From NCBI RefSeq assembly GCF_018977255.1, contig NW_024704743.1, positions 93,250,001 through 93,314,000 on the forward strand: a DNA stretch of 64,000 nt, in the 5' to 3' direction. This DNA comes from Callorhinchus milii (Eukaryota). Made by a program: the position numbers and the translations under genes. The notes beneath the pieces are model-generated. The model was not told where the DNA came from. It saw only the letters and a program-made list of their open reading frames with translations, and did no database searches. Below, in pieces: positions 50,846 to 63,895 of this stretch. The first letter of the stretch is position 1. Each line of letters opens with the position of its first letter.

Positions 50846-52461
50846 TATTGACAGTGTCCCGGCTGCTATCACCAATCTTTGTAATCTACTTCAACTATGT
50901 GGATTCTCTCATCTCTTCCCCCAGCACAAACATATTCACCCTGATTAATACAAAGATATTCTCCAGAAATCTATAAAATGCAAAATGGGATTTAAATTCC
51001 TTAGTTCTGAATGCAAACCAGGAATTTCGGTCTTTCGCTTGCTAGCTTGTCCTGCATTAAGAAATAGTCATACCAGCAGTACTGTTATCTGCTTGGCAAA
51101 AGCTCAAAGTATGATTTAAACATCAAGTTGTTTTTGTGTAGGAACTGAGCAGTGTTACAGAGAATGATCTAGTAGGCACATTTGCACTGTCGCTTAAGCT
51201 TAGTAACGAAAGCAAGTAATAAATTAAGCATGAATTTCTCTATGCTGCTTTTTTTTACCTTAAAAATGCTGAAGTAAATTCAGACATGGTAATGTCATTC
51301 CGGATTTCATTTCCAAATTGTACCCATGGTCAGGGTTATATTATGTCTTCAGGATAAATTCCCCAACACTCATAAATCCTGTGATTTTGCATGTTATTAA
51401 AGTCCCAGCATATCGTACTCTGGAGACTTCAGAATAAAGCTGGTGATTTGTGAAATTCATACTAGGTTCAGATCTTACGGGAAAGTCATCTGAAGTAAAA
51501 TAAATTCATGCCATAGGCCAAAGTAGTGATATGTACAATACAGAGCCTGTAGCCTGAAAGAATTTCTGGTTTACAGTCATGGAATCAATGACAAGTGCTT
51601 CACATTCATTATTGTCAAGCAGTAATTGTGAACTGTAAAATAATTTTGAATCCATAATGAAAAGGAATATGCAACCAGATGTGGTAATTATCATGTGGAT
51701 TTTAATAACATGCAAAATCACAGATTTTGAAATTGTGGTGGTATGGGTTGATATTTATTGCCTTTTGTGATATCTTGCAGGTCCCAGGATGTGTCTTTCT
51801 TTAATTCCTATCGGAATTACTGAAAGATACATCCTGGGACCTACAAAAGTAGCTGTTTACAAATCTTGTTACAAATTTTGCAAGTTAAACCCCTAAAGTT
51901 GTATTCAGTACGTTTTCTCATGGTTAACTTTCAGACTACCACTGAGAAAATTATTTGTTTCAATGCTGTTGAGTCTCAGGGTTATTGATGAGTGTATTCA
52001 CTTATCCAGTTGCAGTCCTACCTAAATCTTTGTTTCAATAATTATTCATTCACTTCCTTAAACAAAAAATTGTGCCAAAGATTGACATGGTGGCATTTGT
52101 CATGGCATATCACGTCAAGTATCAATCTTTTAAATTTTTAATGACTGCAAAATCAGCCTGCCAACATTTTATTTTGCGTAATTTCAAATGGAATGTTTTA
52201 ATAATGTTTCTGAGAAATGGTATTCCTTTCAGTAATCAGAAGTAAGTCATCCTAACCCATGCGAAGGCTATTGCAGCATGATCTGCTTTCAAAGCAGAAT
52301 GTTCCTGGATCTATATGATGTGCAAATTTTTTTTCAAATATCATTCACAACTTGAGCTTTGCCCTAACGGGCACATTTGTGGTATGCAGTTGTGGTCCTA
52401 CCTAATTCTCTGTTTCAATAATTATTTTCAAGGCAGATATTATTCATGTAATAATGATATA

Positions 52462-52772
52462 ACAATAATCCTTGCATTTGATAAAGCGCTTTTCACGTCT
52501 TCTGGACATCACAAAGCGCTTCACAGAATATACTGTAAGGTGAATTGACTGTTTATTTATGGGCGAAACATGGCAGCCAATTGCGCCCAGCATTATCCCA
52601 CAAACAGTCGTGGATTGAAGTGACCAATTTATTATCGTTTCTTTTTCTTGAGAAATTATTATCAGGCGTGTGGAGTAAAGAAACTTGCCTACGTTTTCGA
52701 CCTGCTGAAAATTGAACCCAGGTCTCTCACTTGCAAGGTGAGTGATCTAACCACTGAGCTACAGGACTCCAC
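52462..52772 (-). mobile_element. Deu-SINE short variant, full length
   Basis: Runs from the tail aataatccttgcatttg to the head accactgagctacaggactccac. Confidence 0.92.
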
Positions 52773-53559
52773 GATGTACCTCCCAAAGGAAACTCTGAGC
52801 CTGCAAGACATTGTTAACTTCACAAGTTATTTTATCCCTGTGGAACTCATTCCTGAAGATACTTTTGGGTGCAAAAGGAAGTTGATGCTTTGGAAAGGAA
52901 CTACAGAAAATCAACGCATACGATTCTGGAAAAATATTACAGTATCACATTCTGAAAAGCATCCTATCACTCATATTCCCTGATTTGCAGGTTGTAAGGA
53001 AATAAAGGGGTCAACCTTACCAAGGAAAAACCTGCCACCAATCATGGACAAAAGCTACCAACATTTTCAGGGCCTAATTAGACACTCAGTTTGCACCAAT
53101 GACATTCTAATAATTCTGCCACTTTGATTCGAAATTCCACTATTTAAACTTGCCTTTGCATTATTTGACATCTCTGGTGTCCTAACCGTTTACATTTAAT
53201 TCTTAACACTAAAGCAGATTTCAGGCCCTAGCATACTGTTGAACTTAACTCAACAAAAATACAAAGCATAATTTCAGCTGTTTTTCATGAATTCTACAGC
53301 ATCAGTGTCCCTAAGCATCCAAAATTGCCTACAACATTGTAAATCTGCCTTCAGGAATGAGTTACATTGAGCTAAATTAGTCTATTTTGAGTTATAATCA
53401 AATGCCGCATATGATTAGCATTGCTGTTAAGAGCTTCACACTAACTGGATTCTCACAGTAAATTGTTGACAATTGTCTGCAAAATCTCTCTTCTACCTTT
53501 GCTAATGGACAGAACACCCAATCACTATGCACATATTTGATGTTTACAGTGCCTATGTG

Positions 53560-54150
53560 TATAACATTTTTGCACATTAAATCCATCTGCCCTTCCATAT
53601 CCCATCTGCTTAATTGGCTCAGATTTTGCTACACTGCTATCATTCTCTTACACTAGTCACTGGACCAGGCTTGGCTTCATCAGCCAATCTGATAATATTA
53701 ATCGAAATGCCAGCTTGCATAGCATTGATGATTAGTCTAAATAGTCCAGAACACTTATAGGGGCAAAAGAGGAGATAAAATAATTACTGATTTTAGGGGG
53801 AATTAGTAAAAACTGAGGGTAGATTGAAATAAAGCAAATCATTTCCCCATATCAAGAAAGGAGAGAGGGCCAAACTTGTTAAGTATACACCCAGCAGCCC
53901 AACTTCAATATTGGAAAATTAATGGAGTTAATCATCAGTAAGAAACTGAAGAATATCTGGATGAAAACTCTTTGAGAAATGAAATCCAACATAGCTTCAG
54001 ATCTTGTCTGACTGACCTCACAAACTCTTCTGGGAGGCGACATCTAAAATTAATAGTGAGATGTCATCTGCAATTTTAAAAAAAACATTGACAAAGTGCC
54101 ATCCAAGAGATTAATTCACAAACTGATATCAGTTTGATATGAATGTCAGA
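53560..54150. mobile_element. Highly degraded CR1 fragments
   Basis: Minus strand ggctgatgaagccaag...tggaagggcagatggatttaatg; plus strand caacatagcttcagatcttgtctgactgacctc...tgacaaagtgcc. Confidence 0.6.
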
Positions 54151-54649
54151 GTAAGACATAGATGCGGATTAGTATCTGTCTATCCCAATTTTGTGCCTTG
54201 TTTCGTCTTATTGAAGGTCCTCAGTAATCTGTTCACTGAATGCTGACTAAGTGCTTTTAATCACGCTCAAAAATACCTAACTTCTCACTAGTCTACCTAT
54301 ATGTCTGTGCTGATCCTCACAAGTGCAAACAATAGAAAATCAGGAAATGTACTCAGTGTCTACAGAAAAAGAATATCAGGTGAAGAACATCTCATTCCAC
54401 CTGCACGTTTACTGGGTTACTTTGGTTGATCTGTTTTGTCCAGGTAACAAGTACAATTTCAGAATTACGTTTTTTTAATGTTACATATTAAATTATTAAA
54501 ATACCATACACAGGTCCAGAGAAACAAGAATCAAGTAAAAAGTAGAAAAAAAAGCAACTATTGGGAAAAGGATTTTCTCAGTCTTTTAGAATGCACTTTC
54601 GAAATGTAATCGTTCAAGATTTTTTTCACAGAAAGGTCTTTGTCTCTCC

Positions 54650-56420
54650 TCAAATGCAGCGGTTGGGAGGGAAGAGCAGGAGGCCCGTGTCAGTCGAGCG
54701 GAGGCACTGGGTGGTGGATTGGAGAGTGAGGATGTTGGAAAGGTAGGAAGGTGCCAGAGAGTGAAGAGATTTGAACAAGAGTATGAGGATCGTGAAGTCG
54801 ATCCTTTGGTGATGGAGAGCCAGTGGAAACTGGCCAGAACTGGTGAGATGTGGGTATGGAGTTTGGTCTGGGTCAGTATGCGGGCGGCAGAGTTCTGAAT
54901 GAGCTGGGAGACCAGCAAGGAGTGCGTTTGAGTAATCCAGGTGCGAGATGACAAAAGCATGCACGAGGGTTTCAACTGCATTTGGGGTAAAGTACGATCA
55001 GAGGCGCGCAATGTGGTGGAAGTGGAAGAAGGCGGTCCTGGTCAGGGACCGGATGTGGGGGAGGAAGGACAGCTGGGGGTCGAACCGGACGCCTAGATTG
55101 CGCACTGGTTTGGTGAGTCTGAGGGAGAGATCAGGGAGGTTGAGGAATTTAGATCCGTAGGAGTGAAGACAATGACGGTAGCCAAGGAGTATGGCTTCCG
55201 TCTTGTCCACATTCAGCTGCAGGAAGTTTGCACTCATCCAGGCCATGATGGACCTGGAGTCAATACTGGAGGAGGCAAATTATCATCCGCATACATGTGG
55301 AAGTTTACTCCGTGTCTATGGATGGCATTGCCCAGTGGGAGCATATAGGTAAGGAAAAGAGGATGGAGCCCTGGGGTACCCCGCAGGTGACTGGGCGGGG
55401 GCAGGAGGGGAAACCATTTGCCGAGATGAAATAGAGGCGGCTGGTTAAGTAGGACTCGAACCATGAGTGCGGTGAATGAGGGAGGAGAAGTGGTGGAGGA
55501 GGATGGCGTGGTTGACTGTGTCGAACTCGGCAGAGAGATCCAGGAGGATGAGGAGGCAGAAGAAGCCCTGGTCACAGATAGAGAGGATGTCGTTTGTGAC
55601 TTTGATAAGCGCTGTCTCTGTGCTGTTGGCAGCATGAAAACCAGACTGCAGGGACTCGAAGAGGGAGTGGAGAGAGAAGTGTGACCGAAATTGACCTGCA
55701 ACAATGCGATCCAGAACTTTGGACAGGAAGGGTAGGTTGGAAGATTCTAGTGTGTGAGATTAGAGGGATGGAGGGTGGGTTTTTTGAGGGGGGTGTGATA
55801 ACAGCAGTTTTCAGGGTGAGTGGAACAGAGCCTGAGGAGAGAGACTAGTGGTCCATGTCGGCCAGCAGAGGGGAGAGGAGGGGAAGTTGAGTGACCAGCA
55901 GCTGGGTGGGTGGGGAGGGGTTCAGGGCAGCATGTGGTGAACTTCATCCAGGTGATGAGATGTGGATGAGAGGGAGGAGATCTGAGAAAAGGGAGCAAAG
56001 GAATGTAAGGAGAGGGATGTGGCAGGAACTTTTAGAAGGCGGTGTGGATGGTTTTGGTGGGGTGGAAGGGGACATGGGTGGGGGAGGATGATGCAGTCAA
56101 GCAAATGTTTTTAATCTTTGAGGCGAAGAGGTCTAGGACCACTTTGTACTTGATGTCTGATGTGAGGATAGAGGGGGCTTGAGGGGGTACACGGAGGAGG
56201 TGATGGATGGTGGAAAACAGTGTCTTTGGATTGTTCCTTGCCTCCAGGAAAACTTTGGGTAAAAGTCAGCTGTGAAAGGGAGAGACGTAGGTGTGGAGGT
56301 GCTCAAGCCACAGCTGGCGGTGAATCATAAGGCCAGATTTCTACCATCGGCACTCGAGCGACTGGGTTTCGATTTTAAGTGAGCGGAGATGACTGTTGTA
56401 CCAGGGGGAGCAGGTGGGTT
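54650..56420 (-). mobile_element. Older L2 ORF2 fragment
   Basis: [43 protein letters not shown]. Confidence 0.92.
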
Positions 56421-57924
56421 TGCAAACAATCCTGGATTTCAGGGGAGCCAGGGAATTGAAGTTTGTGGAGAGATGGTCATTCAGCTTCCTTGCTTGTCTA
56501 TTCTATGTCTCTAGATACAAAACCAAAGATTCTGTTCTTCCCAATGTACTTATCCCCATAATATATTCATATGGTAAATCTATTTTGCTTTGCCTCCAGC
56601 CAACAATAAATAGCAAAAGTTATATCCATCAATAGCACTTTATCTTTTTAGTTATCTCCTCAGGCAAAATTAAAAATGAACAGCAGAAAAGCAATGTTAT
56701 GATCCACTGGAAGATAATTATAACAATACCTTTGTTCCAGTCAATTCAGTTTGTACTTAGGAATATATGTGAAGATAACATTGTTTTTATCCTGCTATTT
56801 TTAGTCTATTTTGATTAAAACCCAGACTAACCCAACAATCTAAAAAGAAAGCATGTTTATTATTTTGTATCCTGAGATCCAATTTAACATAAAATAATGG
56901 ATCCTATGGTAAATCCTATTCTAAAATTGTAGCAAATAATTACTGGCCTTAGCAAATCAACATCAAACAGACCCCGTGGGTCAACCGGTTAAGGTACGTT
57001 GAAGAATTATCCAATCTCTGAGAGCTTTTTGTAGGTTAATAATACCTGTCACCAGATTCATCTGAAAAAATATCTTTAGATTATACCAAATTTCCTGAGC
57101 TTTCATATTTCTTTAAAACTAACTTTAAATTAAGATGATTTGTTAAATTGCGAGTCCACAAGGACAAGAGGTTGAGAGTGAAAGGATTCTTGTCATCTTT
57201 TGTCGATGATTCAAAAAACAGCAATAACACAGTGAAACCTGCTTAATGGAATAAAATATAGGTCACCCAATGGGACAATATAGTTATACAACGAATGGAT
57301 CTGGTAGTAAAACATAGAAGTGAGTCATGAATTGGATCTATGAGGATCTATAACTTATTGTAAATCATTGATGCCTATTGGACACACTGAGAAAGAAATG
57401 ACAGCAATGTTCGTGTATAAGAAATGATTCCTCAGTATCCTTAATTTTTACATTTACATTTAGTGTGGGTTGTGTTTCTGCAGAGGCAGCACTGTACAGT
57501 GTTGGTCAGATAAAGGCTCATTAAACAGACAGCAGTAGCTGCACTGCTTTGTACAATGGAGGGCTGAAGAATGTTGATCATTTCATTGCAGCAATGATAC
57601 TTTCCTCAATACATGTCAGAGTTAATTTTGTAATTTAAATTTAAAATGGGTTTCGTTTCCACAGAGGCATTAAAAATACTTGCAGCTGATATTCAGCCTG
57701 ATATTTAATCTCAATCTGGCCACCAGCACCACAGGTTTATAACTAAAGGGTGTAACAGTAGCATATATAACTAAAGGGTGTAACAGGTTGGAGGTGGGGT
57801 GGGGGCGAAAATGTATTGAATAAAATGCAAGTTCTTTCTTCCCCATTATGTCCTCTTCTTTGCCCCTTTCTGAATTGTGAATCATTATAATTCCATAATT
57901 TAGTTTTGATTTTGTAAAAAAACT

Positions 57925-58270
57925 TGTAGCTCAGTGGTTAGAGCCTCGCCTCACAAACGAAAGGCCCGGGTTTGTTTGATTCACGGGCAGGGTGAAACAT
58001 TGCACAAGTTTATTTACTCCACACGCCTCTGTTCACCTAGCATTAAGTCGCTTTTCCAGGGGTAATAATCCTTTAAAAAAATAATAATATAATTTGGTCA
58101 CTCAATCCACAACTGTTTGTGGGACACAGTGTTGGTGTAATCTGTTGCCATGTTTCCCACACAAAAATATACAGTCAATTCACTTTACAGTAGATTCTAT
58201 GAGGTGCTTTGAGATGTCTTGAAGATACGATAAGGCGTTATATCCAATGCCACATTTACTATTATTATTA
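57925..58270 (+). mobile_element. Deu-SINE
   Basis: tgtagctcagtggttagagc head; ctgtttgtgggacac core; (att)n tail. Confidence 0.88.
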
Positions 58271-58444
58271 TGTTAAAATGTCTCAATGCCTTTGCAGAAC
58301 GGGGTTATTTCAGTGTTCACTAAAAATAATGATTCCATTCTAAACATGTTTGTGGTTCACTGTTTTAGTGAATCAGCAATAAACTGCTGTTAAGTGTAGT
58401 GACTGTTATTATGCAGACAAACTAATTTTTTGCCTGCACTGTTC

Positions 58445-59520
58445 AACTTTTTATTTAAGGCCTTTCCCATGCAGAGAACGTCCCAAACCAAAGTACTTCA
58501 CAAGAAATACTGTAAACAACAAAAATTACATTTGTATAGAGCTTTCACATCAGGAAGACGTTCCACGGTTCTGGACAGTCCACACCTGAGCTGGTAGTTG
58601 GGATTAGGAGGGGTGCAGGATGGGGAGAGTAGGGGTAGGAGGGTGACCCAAGGCACAGTCAAAGAGGAAGGTCTTGAGACAGGTCTTGAAGGAGGCAAGG
58701 GAGGGGCCAAGGCATAAGGACTGTAGGATTCAGTTCCAGAGGGTGGAGCCAGAGAGGCTGAAGACCCGCCCGCCAATGGTGGGGTGGGCAAAGCTGGGAC
58801 ATTAAGCAGGAGCCCGTTGAGCGGAGGGAGTGGACAGGTTGGTAGAGGGTTAGGAGGTCACAGAGGTAGGGAGGAGCAAGTTGTGGAGGACTTTGAAGGT
58901 GAGGACCAGGATCTTGAACTGTATCCTGTTCTGTGTGATGGGAAACCAATGGAGTCGGGCGAGGATGAGGATGATAGGGTCACGAATCCTGATGTGGGAG
59001 AGGACACCGGCTGGTTCTGGTTCATCCAGAGTTCTGGATGATCTGCAGCCTATGGAGGGAGGAGTTGGGGAGGCTGACAAGCAGGGAATTTGAGTTGCGG
59101 AGGTGGGGAAAGATGGAGCAGGTCATGGTACGGACATGAGGGATGAAGGACAGTTGAGGGTCGAACAGGACACTGAGGTTCTGTATTGGCTCCGTAGGGT
59201 GATGCTGTCAGCGCCTGAGGTATCGGGGAGTGTAAAGTGAATTGACTGTGTATTTTGTGAGCGAAATGCGGCAGCCAATTGCGCACAGCAGTGTTCAACA
59301 AACAGCCATGAATGAGTGACCAAATTATTATTTTTTTGGAAGGGATTATTACCCCCAGAAAAGTGATCCGCCAATCGACTAACAACCAAGTTCCTACTTA
59401 CTGCTAGGTAAACAGAGGCGTGTGAAGTAAGAAAACATGCTCATTGTTTCACCCAGCCTGGGAATCAAACCCAGGTCCTCTCACTTACGAGGCAAATGCT
59501 CTAACTACTTAACTACGGGA
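58445..59520 (-). mobile_element. Deu-SINE (long variant) interrupted by a co-oriented L2 fragment (58517-59230), TSD tgtaaa
   Basis: cttcacaagaaatacTGTAAA|L2|TGTAAAgtgaattgactg; the L2 encodes [21 protein letters not shown]. Confidence 0.85.
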
Positions 59521-61139
59521 TTCATTTAAATGTGGAAGATTATTGCCCAGAGGACATCACCCTGTTCATCTTCAAAATCATGTTATGGGATCTTCCTCTT
59601 GATCCTCAGTTTAACATCTCCTCTGAAGGGCAGCAGCTCTGACAATGCAGCATTCCCTCCGTACTGAACTGGAGTTGTCATCTGGTATCTGGGTTATGGG
59701 CTGTGCTGACAATCTCCGACTCAAATGAATGATGTGGTCCAATGTGAGCAGGATACCCTGTTAATATTCCTGTGGCCTCTCAACAGACATTTTCAGGCTA
59801 TTCACAGTGCTAATTTATTGTGTAAAAGCCAATTCCTTAAGTAAGCACATATTTACCTAGTCCTTCTTTGTATTTGATTTGTGATGTTAAACACAAAGCT
59901 TTCACCAGTCTGTTAAAATGTCATCACTTGCAGTTGCAAGTTAGTGCAAGATTCTTGCTGACTTCCTCTTTTAATGTCCTCCTGGATGAATGCACAATTA
60001 AATTAGTATGCATGTGCTATTCACTATGTTTTGCTAAACTGCAGATTGCTACTCAGCAGCAAATTAAAATACTGAAATTCCTTGAGACTGTCTGTAATCC
60101 CCTTTCTGTCACACTAGCTTCTCACAGCTACATCTTTAATATTGGCCTACCATCCCAACTCTTATTTTAGAGAGAATCAAGCCAAGTGGTTGATCTTTTC
60201 CAACCAGAATTACAGGCAGGCCACAAGGTTAAATAAGTAGGCAGTCTGATACCCATGCAATCAATTACAATGTAACCTTAAGACTTGCATGGTCCTAGTA
60301 ATGCATTTTAATACATCTTGGAGGTGATGGGGGAGGAATCTGGGAGATGCCCTTGATACCTTCCTGGCCTTTGTCAAGAATATTTTAGGAACTAGTAATA
60401 GCACCTATTAGCATTTATATCCTAGATTGTGTATCAAAATAACCGCTGCTTCTTTTAGATGAACAGATCATACATTTGTTTCCTAAGGGTAGATGCCGCA
60501 ATTTTGTCACACTTTGATTTTTATACAACAACCATTTACATTTATACAGCTCCTTTTCATGTTAAGAGGACATTTCAAAGTGCTTCACACAGCTGATTGT
60601 GAGCTTGATCTTGGAGGAGCAGGAGGTGGGAGAGGGAATAATAATAACAAAAATAATCCTTGCATTTGATGTAGCGCTTTTCACATCTTCTAAATGTTTC
60701 ACAGAATATACTGTGAAGTAAATTGACTGTATGTTTTGCAGGCGAAGTGTGTAAGCTGAGGGGAGTCTTCTGTGGGAGAGTACACTGACTGCAGAGTTCA
60801 GGATGGTCTGCCGTTTGTGTAGTGAGCTGTTGGGATTTCCAGCAACGAGGGTATTGGAGAAATAGAGCCTGGACATGATGAAGGTGTGAATGAGGTGTTC
60901 AATAGCCCAGGTGTAGAGGTAGAAGCAGAGGTAGGCATTATTGCAGAGGTGAAAAAAGCAGAGTTAATGGAGACTGGATGCTTAAATGCCCTCCTTGATG
61001 CAAATTTTCACTGTAGGACTGGAGGAACAATGAACAATCAAACTTTCTGATTCGGCAGGAGTTGGTTTGCATTTGCATTTGTACTCGTGTGTTCCACCAT
61101 ACTGTTGATCTGAGTCCGCAAGTGATATGGACCAAAGTG

Positions 61140-62500
61140 GATCAACAACAACAACATTACATTTCTATAGCGCTGGACAATGTAGCATTTCAGACCGAGT
61201 TGTGGTCAGGGAGGGAGAAGGGAGGGGAGGGGAAGGGGATTGGCCGATGGCATGGTTGAAGAGGGGGGTCTTGAGGTGGGACTTGAAGGAGGCAAAGGAG
61301 GGGGCGAGGCAGAGTGATTGGGGAATGGAATTCCAGAGATTGGGGGCAGAGTGGCTGAAGGCTCTCTGGATCACTATAAGACAGATATTCCTAGAGACAC
61401 AATCAATTCCCTAGACTTGCTGGTAAGTCTAAAAGCTCTGGAATACTCTTCCTCTATCCCTCCATCTTGCCATTTCCTTCTCCATCTTCAGGTCGCACCT
61501 AAAGACCTTCCTATTCGACCGTACCTATGGTCACCTCCCCCTCGGCTCGGCATCTTGCTCCAGCACTATTAAGCGCTCTGGGACACTATATAAACGTAAG
61601 TTGTTGTTGCTGTTGGCAGTCTAAAGCTAATGTCTTCAGTTCATACATCATGACTCCGAAACACAATACAAGTGGATCAAACCAGGAAGGACTGTGGCAA
61701 CAACAACAACATGGATTTATATAGGGCCCTCCATGCCGGATGGGATCTCAGAGTGCTTTACAGTAACGGATCCCGGGACCGAGCCAGGGGGAGGGGTGGG
61801 AAGGTGACCAAAGGTGCGGTTAAAAAGAAAAGTCTTCAGCAGAGACCTGAAAATGGGAAGGGAGGGAGCGAGACAAAAGGAGTGAGGAAGGCAGTTCCAG
61901 AGCCTCGGGGCATAGTGGCTGAAGGCACGGCCACTGAGGGTGGACTGGAGGACTCGGGGGGCCGAGGAGGAGACCAGACCCGGAGGAACGAAGGCAACCG
62001 GTACTGTTTTGAGGAAAGAGGAGGTCAGAGAGGTAGGGGAATGCAGAGGAGGGCAGGGACTCGAATACTAGGGTAAGGATCTTGAAATCGATCTTCTCTG
62101 GGATCGGCAGCTAGTGCAGTCTGGCAAGGACTGGGGTGATCGGGGAGTGGAGTATCATGCGGGTGAGAATGCGGGCGGCAGAGTTTTGAATGATTTGGAT
62201 TTTATGGATTGTAGTGGATGAGAGACCGGCGAGGAGGGCGTTAGAAGAGTCCAGCCGAGAGGTGACAAAGGTATGGACCAGGGTTTCAGTGTTTTTTGTG
62301 GAGACGTATTGGCGGAGATGGGCGATGCATTGGAGGTGGAAGAAAGCAGTGCTGGTGAGGAACCGGATGTGTGGGAGGAAGGAATAATTGGGGGTCGAAC
62401 CTGACGCCTAGGTTGCGTATGGGTTCGGAGAGTTTTAGAGGGAGGTTGGGTAGGTGGAAGAGGTGAGAGCTGTGAGATTTTAGAGACCTTAGCATAGGAT
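61140..62500. mobile_element. Three L2 3' fragments (minus 61140-61375, plus 61430-61610, minus 61700-62500)
   Basis: RAFSHSAPNLWNSIP...FKSHLKT; IRNLGVRFDPQL; (caa)n and (ttg)n tails. Confidence 0.88.
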
Positions 62501-63007
62501 GAGTAAACTGGTTTATTGTGTGATAGGAGTTAACATTTTATTTTTTTATTTGTCAGACTCGTATAAGAAATGTATTTTGCAATCCAGTAAAGGGAAAGCC
62601 AGACTTGACTGAAAATTCTCATGTGATGCTCAAATGGTAATGCAATGTTAACCTATCAGGGGTTAAGGGCTCTGGAGGCTTTATTTGCCCTGCCGCAGTC
62701 CTTCCTGGTTTGATCCACTTTTACTATATATTTGGTGTTATGATGTATGAACTGAAGATGTTAGCTTTAGACTGCCAACAGTAACAAACAACAGCAACAA
62801 ACAATATTTATATACAGTATGATTGGTAGCAATGGAACACTTTCTGTACTTTCTACATTGACCAGCTGGAAAATCCTTATTATTTCAGCTAGTAGAGCAA
62901 CTATTGGAAATCTACAACAGAGAACGGAAATGAAATTACAAATACATGTGAAAGTATGTCAGACTGATTCAGTTGGTAGCACTTTCACTTCTCAGAGTGT
63001 GGGTTCT

Positions 63008-63342
63008 ATAATAATAATAATAATAATAATCCTTGCATTTGATATAGCGCTTTTCACGTCGGGAGGACGTCCCAAAGCGCTTCACAGAACACACTGTAAA
63101 GTGAATTGACTGTATATTTGTGGGCGAACGTGGCAGCCAATTGCGCACAGCAATGTCCCACAAACAGTCGTAGAGTGAAAATGACCAATTTAATTATTGT
63201 TTTTGTTTTTTTGGAAGGATTATTATTAGGCGTGTGGAGTAAGGAAACTTGCCCAAGGTTTCGCCCTGACCTGCCTGGAATTGAACTCAGGTCTCTCACT
63301 TGCAAAGCGAGTGCTCTAACCACTGAGCTACAGAACTCCACG
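63008..63342 (-). mobile_element. Young full-length Deu-SINE, short variant, with an L2-identical tail loop
   Basis: (aat)n tail, gcgcttttcacgtcgggaggacgtcccaaagcgct; head ctctaaccactgagctacagaactccac. Confidence 0.95.
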
Positions 63343-63344
63343 AT

Positions 63345-63895
63345 CTAGCGAGGCAGGGCACGTTAAACAGGCCGAAGCCCACTGAGTGGAGGGAGTGAGC
63401 AGGATGGTAGGAGTTTAGGAGGTCGCAGAGGAAGGGGGGAGCAAGATCGTGGAGGGCTTTGATGGTGAGGACCAAGATCTTGAACTGTATCTTCTGTGTA
63501 ATGGAGTGGAGTTGGCCTAAGTCGAGGGTGATAGGGTCACGGAGCCAAGTGTGGGAGAGGACACTGGCTGCAGAGTTCTGGATAATCTGCAGCCTGTGGA
63601 GGAAGGAGTTGGGGAGAACGACAAGCAATGAGTTTACATAATCAAGCCTCAATGTAATGAATGCGTGTATGAGGGTTTCGGCGGCCTGCGGTGTGAGACA
63701 CTGACGGAGCTGGGCGACTTGCGGAGATGGGGGAAGGCAGAACAGGTCATGGCACAGATGTGGGGTGGAAAGGATATTTGAAGGTCAAACAAGGCCCCCA
63801 AGGTTGCGGACTGGCTTAGCAAGGTGGAGTGTGCAACCATGGATGGTGATGCTGTCAGCGCCTGAGATGAGGAGGCGCTGACGGGAGCCAATCAG
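63345..63895 (-). mobile_element. L2 ORF2 3' fragment
   Basis: RLDYVNSLL...[13 protein letters not shown]...IQFKILVL. Confidence 0.92.

Noticed and set aside
57738..57787. Short tandem duplication of tataactaaagggtgtaacag
   Set aside because: An ordinary two-copy slippage duplication with no further structure.
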